64,000 nt of DNA from an uncultured Nitrososphaerota archaeon. Lineage in GTDB: Archaea; Asgardarchaeota; Njordarchaeia; Njordarchaeales; Njordarchaeaceae. Position 1 is the first letter of the stretch; the number at the start of each line of letters is the position of its first letter. The position numbers and the translations under genes were made by a program. Under the pieces are notes generated by a model, which saw nothing but the letters and a program-made list of their open reading frames with translations, did not search any database and was not told the DNA's origin. Location of the stretch: contig CAZFGR010000005.1 in assembly GCA_964518475.1 (NCBI GenBank), forward strand, positions 39,415 through 103,414. The letters run 5' to 3'. Below, in pieces: positions 58,295-64,000 of the stretch.

Positions 58295-59430
58295 GCCTCT
58301 CCCCTGGGATATATTTCATGAGTGGCAACGATGCTGTTGCTGAAGGTGCGATAACTGCTGGTTGTAGGTTCTTTGCAGGGTATCCTATTACTCCATCATC
58401 AGAAATAGCTGAGAGATTATCTAGGAGACTTCCAGAAGTCGGAGGAATATATGTCCAGGGAGAGGATGAAATAGCATCCATAATGGCTATTATCGGAGCA
58501 TCCTGGGGAGGACTTAAAGCAATGACAGCCACGTCCGGTCCTGGTTTCTCTTTGATGCAGGAGAGCATAGGCTTTGCAGTTATGACTGAAACGCCTATTG
58601 TTATCGTGGATGTGCAGAGAGCTGGGCCATCTACTGGCATGCCCACCTATGTGGGTCAAGGGGACGTAATGCAGGCGAAGTGGGGATCTCATGGCCCCTA
58701 TGAGATAATAGCTATAGCACCGAGCTCTGTGCAAGAATGTTTTGATTTAACTATCCGAGCTTTTAATCTTGCTGAGAGATATCGTGTCCCCGTGATAATG
58801 TTGATGGATGAGAGATTGAGCCACTTATACGAGAAAGTGAGAATTCCGTCTCCCGAAAAAATAATTATTATTAATAGAAAAAAGCCTAAGTCTAAGGAAA
58901 ACTTTCTCCCATACATGCCTGAAGATGATCTAATTCCGCCTATGCCCCCGGTAGGGGAGGGCTTCTTCTTCCATGTTACTGGTCTGACACACGATGAGAA
59001 AGGTTATCCTAAGATGGATCCGGAAGTTCAGGAGAGATTAATCAGGAGACTTAATGACAAAATTAGGAAACATGCGGATGAGATTATTGATATCCAGACC
59101 TACATGATGGATGATGCGGACATAGCCATAGTTGCTTTTGGAAGTGTTGTTAGATCAGCTATAAGGGCTGTTAAAATTGCACGTAAAAATGGAGCACGTG
59201 TAGGATTAATTGATTTGAAAACGATATGGCCTTTCCCCGAGAAACATATCTATAATTTTGCCAAGAATGGTGTAAGGCACTTCATTGTTGCAGAGGTAAA
59301 CTATGGACAAGTATTCTTAGAAGTTCAGAGATCTGTTAGAGGAGAAGCAGAGGTGCATCTAATTCCTAAGATGGGCGGAGCAATACATTCCCCTCTCGAA
59401 ATCTGGAGCTTTATTAATAAGCTGAGGTGA
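58291..59430 (+). CDS. korA: 2-oxoacid:ferredoxin oxidoreductase alpha subunit
   Basis: GYPITPSSE, EDEIAS, ATSGPGFSLMQE and QRAGPSTG motifs. Confidence 0.93.
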   Translation: MSLSPGIYFMSGNDAVAEGAITAGCRFFAGYPITPSSEIAERLSRRLPEVGGIYVQGEDEIASIMAIIGASWGGLKAMTATSGPGFSLMQESIGFAVMTETPIVIVDVQRAGPSTGMPTYVGQGDVMQAKWGSHGPYEIIAIAPSSVQECFDLTIRAFNLAERYRVPVIMLMDERLSHLYEKVRIPSPEKIIIINRKKPKSKENFLPYMPEDDLIPPMPPVGEGFFFHVTGLTHDEKGYPKMDPEVQERLIRRLNDKIRKHADEIIDIQTYMMDDADIAIVAFGSVVRSAIRAVKIARKNGARVGLIDLKTIWPFPEKHIYNFAKNGVRHFIVAEVNYGQVFLEVQRSVRGEAEVHLIPKMGGAIHSPLEIWSFINKLR

Positions 59431-60278
59431 TGTTTATGCCCGTTAAATATGTCGAAAGTCATCTATGGGACAAATATTTACGCACAGATAGGCTTCCTCA
59501 CATATGGTGTCCAGGCTGTGGTATAGGGAGCGCTCTTAGTGCCTTTCTTGAGGGAGTAGAGAGAGCAGGTATCGATCCTAAGAAATTAGTAGTCGTCTCT
59601 GGAATTGGGTGTACTGGAAGAGTAGCAGGATACATAAAGGTGGATTCTTTCCACACGACTCATGGTAGACCTATTCCCTTTGCAATGGGTTTAAAATTAG
59701 CCAGACCAGATCTCCACGTCGTAGTCTTTAGTGGAGATGGAGACCTTATTACAATAGGAGGAAACCACTTTATACACGCTGCAAGAAGAAACGTAGATCT
59801 GCTAGTCATATGTGTAAACAACTTTAACTACGGAATGACTGGAGGACAGGTAGGAGCAACCACTCCGGAAGGAGCTTACACGACAACCACTCCCTATGGC
59901 AATCCAGAGAGACCATTTAACCTCCCCTACTTGGCGGCTGCTGCTGGTGCTGTATACGTTGCTCGCTGGACATCGCTTCATGTCAGAAGATTGGCTTGGT
60001 CCATTACAGAGGCTTTCAAGAAGAAGGGGTTCAGATTCATAGAGGTTCTAGCACCCTGTCCAACAGCTTATGGACGCAGAAACAAGTTTCCTGACCCGAT
60101 AGATATGTTGAAGTTCTTCAAAGAGAATTGTGAAATAAAGGATTTCGCAGATCCTAAAGAAGCTGACATAGTCCCGGGCAAAAAGATAATACTTGGAAAA
60201 TTCGTTGACCTTGCCGATGAGAAACCCACTTTTGAGGAAAAGATATATGAGCTTATTAATAAGTATCGAAAGGTGTGA
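59427..60278 (+). CDS. korB: 2-oxoacid:ferredoxin oxidoreductase beta subunit
   Basis: WCPGCG, SGIGC, TPP motif GDGD...NNFNYGMTGGQ, CPT. Confidence 0.93.
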   Translation: MMFMPVKYVESHLWDKYLRTDRLPHIWCPGCGIGSALSAFLEGVERAGIDPKKLVVVSGIGCTGRVAGYIKVDSFHTTHGRPIPFAMGLKLARPDLHVVVFSGDGDLITIGGNHFIHAARRNVDLLVICVNNFNYGMTGGQVGATTPEGAYTTTTPYGNPERPFNLPYLAAAAGAVYVARWTSLHVRRLAWSITEAFKKKGFRFIEVLAPCPTAYGRRNKFPDPIDMLKFFKENCEIKDFADPKEADIVPGKKIILGKFVDLADEKPTFEEKIYELINKYRKV

Positions 60279-60281
60279 AAA

Positions 60282-60854
60282 ATGCGGAAAGAAATAATTT
60301 TATGCGGCTTTGGTGGACAAGGAATTGTTCTCGCTGGCTATATCCTAGGCTACGCAGCTGCTGTGAAATCGGGATTAGAAAGCTCATTCGTTCCCAGCTA
60401 TGGTCCAGAAGCTCGTGGAGGAGAATGTGCGTCAAGGATTGTAATTTCAGACGAGGAGATTGATTATCCCTTTATTGAGGGAGCTGATATACTAATTGCA
60501 ATGTCTCAGCCAGCGTATAATAAATATGTTGAATTCCTTAGGGAAAATGGTGTTCTTCTTTATGATAGTGATTTGGTGAACCTAGATAATAGGGCTAAAA
60601 AAGCTTCAGAAGTATATGCTATACCAGCTACTAGGATTGCTGAAAATTTAGGTAATAGGATTGTAGCAAATATCGTTATGCTTGGATTCTTCTCAGCTGT
60701 GACAAAAATTATTGATTATGATCACTTAAAAGAAGCTGTAGCTGAGAGAGTTCCGCGTAGATTTCTTGAACTAAATCTGAAAGCTTTTGATGTAGGATAC
60801 GAATATGGTCTAAAAATTTTAAGAAAAAAGGAAGCAGCTCCTGGAGTAAGTTAA
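60282..60854 (+). CDS. korC: 2-oxoacid:ferredoxin oxidoreductase gamma subunit
   Basis: GFGGQG, SYGPEARGG and ANIVMLG motifs. Confidence 0.92.
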   Translation: MRKEIILCGFGGQGIVLAGYILGYAAAVKSGLESSFVPSYGPEARGGECASRIVISDEEIDYPFIEGADILIAMSQPAYNKYVEFLRENGVLLYDSDLVNLDNRAKKASEVYAIPATRIAENLGNRIVANIVMLGFFSAVTKIIDYDHLKEAVAERVPRRFLELNLKAFDVGYEYGLKILRKKEAAPGVS

Positions 60855-60895
60855 GAAGATTTATTATGGAAATATATTAGTTAGTGAAGAATTTT

Positions 60896-61723
60896 TTATC
60901 GAATTACTTCCTCAACAGGTCTCCACCATATTTTTTTAGTACCGATTTTTGCTCTTTTTTTCCATCTCTTTGTTTTAGGCTCCTTATCTATATAGTCAAG
61001 GAGAAGATCAATTTTCTTAACAACATCGTCATAGTCCTCTTGATCCATTTTATTGTTTTCTAAGTACTTCTTTGCAAAAAGCTTCACTTTCTTAAGATTC
61101 GCTGTTGCATCATACCAGAAACCCCAATCGTCCGCTAATATCTTCGCAATATACCTAGCATTTATTACTTCTTGTTCATCGGTCTCTCCAATATCATGCG
61201 CTCTGAAAAGAACTATCAGATCTTTAATATCTTTTTCGTTGATTTCGTGGATCTGAAGTTTCTCTAATACGAGATCGGAAAGAGGAATTGTTGGGCTGTC
61301 AAGTTCTAATCTTCCCTTACCTGGAGCTTTGCCAAAGAAGATATCATGGCTAAATTCTAGTGCATCAAAGAATATGTCTGAGTGATACCAGTTTTTGGGA
61401 TGATAGAATATTAGCCTTTTATGACCAAATAATATATTGATGCGCTTATCTGGAATAAAGCCAATATCTTTCTCAAAGAATTTTTCTATGAGCTTTTTTT
61501 GCTTGCTGTAACCGACGAAATCGATATCGCTAAAGTTTTGCTTACCCTCTCCTAATCTTCCTAGTCTCTTATGAAGCTCTTCAAAATCTTTACTATGAAT
61601 CCTAATAGCTACTGCTCCAATGACTCTAATAATTATTCCTTTCTTTTGAGCCTCATTCACTATCCTATAAGCATCATTAATAAAGACTTCATCTGGAACA
61701 ATTTCTTTCGGCTCATGAGCCAT
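60896..61723 (-). CDS. Uncharacterised nucleotidyltransferase-like protein
   Basis: IGAVAIRIH...SDIDF resembles the pol-beta-fold hG[GSA]...DxD motif; later LEKLQI...KDIKD. Confidence 0.65.
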   Translation of the reverse strand: MAHEPKEIVPDEVFINDAYRIVNEAQKKGIIIRVIGAVAIRIHSKDFEELHKRLGRLGEGKQNFSDIDFVGYSKQKKLIEKFFEKDIGFIPDKRINILFGHKRLIFYHPKNWYHSDIFFDALEFSHDIFFGKAPGKGRLELDSPTIPLSDLVLEKLQIHEINEKDIKDLIVLFRAHDIGETDEQEVINARYIAKILADDWGFWYDATANLKKVKLFAKKYLENNKMDQEDYDDVVKKIDLLLDYIDKEPKTKRWKKRAKIGTKKIWWRPVEEVIR

Positions 61724-61726
61724 ACT

Positions 61727-62698
61727 TCAACCCTCGACCTTCCACCAGCGTTCTAATCCTTTATGAGGATCGATATCTATGATAAAACCTCGCAGAATAC
61801 CCTCAACATATTCTGAGCCTGGATTAACAACCACGGTTCTCCCGATTTTATCAGCAGCGTAGCTCTCATGGATGTGTCCATGAAGACCCATTAAAGGTTG
61901 GTATTTCTTGATAAATTTCCTAACGCTCTTAGAGCCAACGTGCTCCCTAATTTGCTCTCCTAGTACATATACTGGTTTCAAATTCTTGTCTAACTTTGGA
62001 GCTAGATCAAGTCTTGTTCCATATGGTGGGCAGTGGAAGTTTAGAAGGACATGATCCCAATCAACCGTCACTAGATCTACTAATTTCTCCATCCTCTTCC
62101 AAAGCCCTTTCTCGTTATCCTCTCGTGGTGTATTCCAAGGAGTTGGGTTCACATAGTCAAAGCTTATAATCTGATAACCCGGCAGGCTGTTAAGTTCTAC
62201 AGCCTTTCCTAGAGGGTAGATTATTCTACCACCAGATTCTTTCTCAAACTTCTGGATTACTGGATCAATACAGAATTCGTCATCATTTCCAGGCATAACA
62301 ATGACTTCAACGTTCTCTGGTACTTTCTCAAGCACCATGTTTAACCATTCCTCCATCCTCTCCGTCATAACCTTCGCGAATAATTCTTCAAGCTTCTTAG
62401 GATTATTCTGGTACTCTTGGACTTCATCAGGCGTCATCTCAACAGCGTAATAACCAGTTTCTCCAATCTTATTTTTAAGCTCCTCAACCTCTTCACGAGA
62501 CTTTAATTCCCAAGTCTTGCCAAGGAATCTAGCCGTCCACTTATCCCCTCTATCTATTATAGGAATTACGCTTTTTCCAGTAAGATCACCCGCTAGAATA
62601 AGCACATTAACATTCTCTATAGTATATGGAACGTTTATCCATTTTCTCCAAACCTTATTACTTCCATGCACATCTGTTGCGAAGTATATTCTAGTCAC
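61727..62698 (-). CDS. Calcineurin-like metallophosphoesterase (Icc-related)
   Basis: ATDVHG, AGDLTG, PGNDD, FHCPP, HGHIHE and NPGS motifs. Confidence 0.9.
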   Translation of the reverse strand: MTRIYFATDVHGSNKVWRKWINVPYTIENVNVLILAGDLTGKSVIPIIDRGDKWTARFLGKTWELKSREEVEELKNKIGETGYYAVEMTPDEVQEYQNNPKKLEELFAKVMTERMEEWLNMVLEKVPENVEVIVMPGNDDEFCIDPVIQKFEKESGGRIIYPLGKAVELNSLPGYQIISFDYVNPTPWNTPREDNEKGLWKRMEKLVDLVTVDWDHVLLNFHCPPYGTRLDLAPKLDKNLKPVYVLGEQIREHVGSKSVRKFIKKYQPLMGLHGHIHESYAADKIGRTVVVNPGSEYVEGILRGFIIDIDPHKGLERWWKVEG

Positions 62699-63936
62699 GA
62701 ATACTCACCATTATGCATTTTAAGGGAAAAGATGCACTTTTCCTATTTTTAAGTTTTCCTTCGTACGAGAATTGAAAAATTCGAAAAATAAAGTTAGTTA
62801 GTTGATCGATTTTTAATCAAAATTATTAGCACTAGCTATTATCTAATTTTTTTATATATTTTCCTTCCTTTCACTTTAGATATGTTGAGGCTTTATCTCT
62901 CATTTTTATATCATTTTTAGAAATAGTTATACTATATTGTCTAAATTTGAGAAGAATAAATAGTGTTGTTCATTCAACTTTCTATTCATTATATCTCATG
63001 ATAATAAAAAGTCAAAATGATTTTTATTCTCTTTTTTTTTCTCGCCACAAGAAGTACCAGTAAAGAGTAATTAGTAATGAAAACATAATCAGAGAGAAAA
63101 AGAGAGCCTAGTAATGATAAACATAGGAGGCTAGCGATTACTCCTAAATAAAGGGAGAGAACCACTACAAAGATTGATGATTGTGATACTAGTTCTGTCT
63201 TAAAGATTAAGATTAGGGAATAAACCCACTTAGAAACCACACTAGAATAGGATATAGTACAATTAATAGGCTCCTGAATATCCTATATTTGCTTATATGA
63301 TACTCCCAAAACCATACTAGTAGTGCTCCAATATTGCTGAAGGGCCGTTTTGAAATTTAGTCATAACCAGCCAATCTTCAATTTTTAATCCTATATAACA
63401 AACGATAGAATATACCTCCGCATCTAATCACAAAGAACTTCCATTCATCATTAATAAACAGATCTAATTCTTCACCATGTGTTCTTTTAACACATTTAGT
63501 TTCTGAGATCTTCATATCACGAATAAATGTGAGAAATTGCTTAAGAGTCATCGGAGTACATTTACTTAAAGAAGATTTTGTACAGAGAATGCTCTCCTTA
63601 AGGCTGATAATTTTCCTCCATTTGCATAGTCTAATAATTAGCAAATTTGGAAAAGTTAATAAAAAACATTAGCGTCTGCTATTATCTAATTTTTATTATA
63701 ACGGAATTCTCTTATTATTTAGCTAACTTAATACTTGAAAATTCGCGAATCTTTGATAAAAAATTTTAGAATTAATTCCCATTTATATATGATGGTAAAA
63801 TAATTTGTAATTGTTATCATAAAAAGTAAGATACTAGTTCTTTTGTGAAAAATTTTTAAAGCAAATTTACTTGATGTATACTGGAATACCAAAATTTTGT
63901 TTATTTCCTCCCCAATACTTGGAAAGGTTATGAAAT

Positions 63937-64000
63937 ATGGGAGAGGAAGTTGGAGAAGTTGTATTCGTGAGAAGAGCTTCTGGTCTCGTAAGAGAAGTAG
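63937..64000 (+). CDS. Probable APC-family amino acid permease (5' end only)
   Basis: MGEEVGEVVFVRRASGLVREV matches the FxRxASGLVRE N-terminal motif of archaeal APC permeases; only 21 codons are visible. Confidence 0.6.
   Translation, partial: MGEEVGEVVFVRRASGLVREV

Noticed and set aside
62989-63644. Two short minus-strand ORFs in very AT-rich DNA
   Set aside because: Possibly a decayed gene, but no family is recognisable and stops are frequent
1-64000. CRISPR array, rRNA or tRNA genes
   Set aside because: No regularly spaced direct repeats, cloverleaf motifs or rRNA-like tracts were seen on manual reading

Overview
AT-rich archaeal genomic window. A Rab-like small GTPase and a longin-like protein suggest an Asgard-related lineage; this is inferred from gene content only. 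Most of the window is housekeeping and metabolism: FEN1, SSB, Clp1, HtpX, carbamate kinase, ADP-forming acyl-CoA ligase alpha, a GlcD/GlcF-like oxidoreductase, a four-subunit 2-oxoacid:ferredoxin oxidoreductase and a SPOUT methylase. Standout observations: (1) an apparently split surface-scavenging system, with three membrane-anchored GIFT/DUF4350-like proteins and an ectodomain-fused YkoE-type ECF S component (17.0-25.6 kb), plus an ECF A-A'/T operon that lacks a recognisable S component but carries two membrane-anchored alkaline-phosphatase-superfamily proteins (43.6-50.4 kb); (2) a TrmB-like regulator with about 1000 aa of hendecad helical repeats, coupled to a Cys-cluster protein; (3) a Rab-like GTPase next to a twin CxxC/HxDH protein with a possible DENN-like region; (4) two apparent pseudo-enzymes, a ThrC-like-HTH fusion lacking the PLP lysine and a solitary IS607 TnpA lacking catalytic motifs; (5) a nucleotidyltransferase-like/metallophosphoesterase gene pair. 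Two C/D box sRNAs, frameshifted genes (pssA-like, a surface-protein fragment) and a small integrase/VapBC island are also visible. No CRISPR array, rRNA or tRNA was seen. All family assignments come from motif recognition by eye; no database searches were run.
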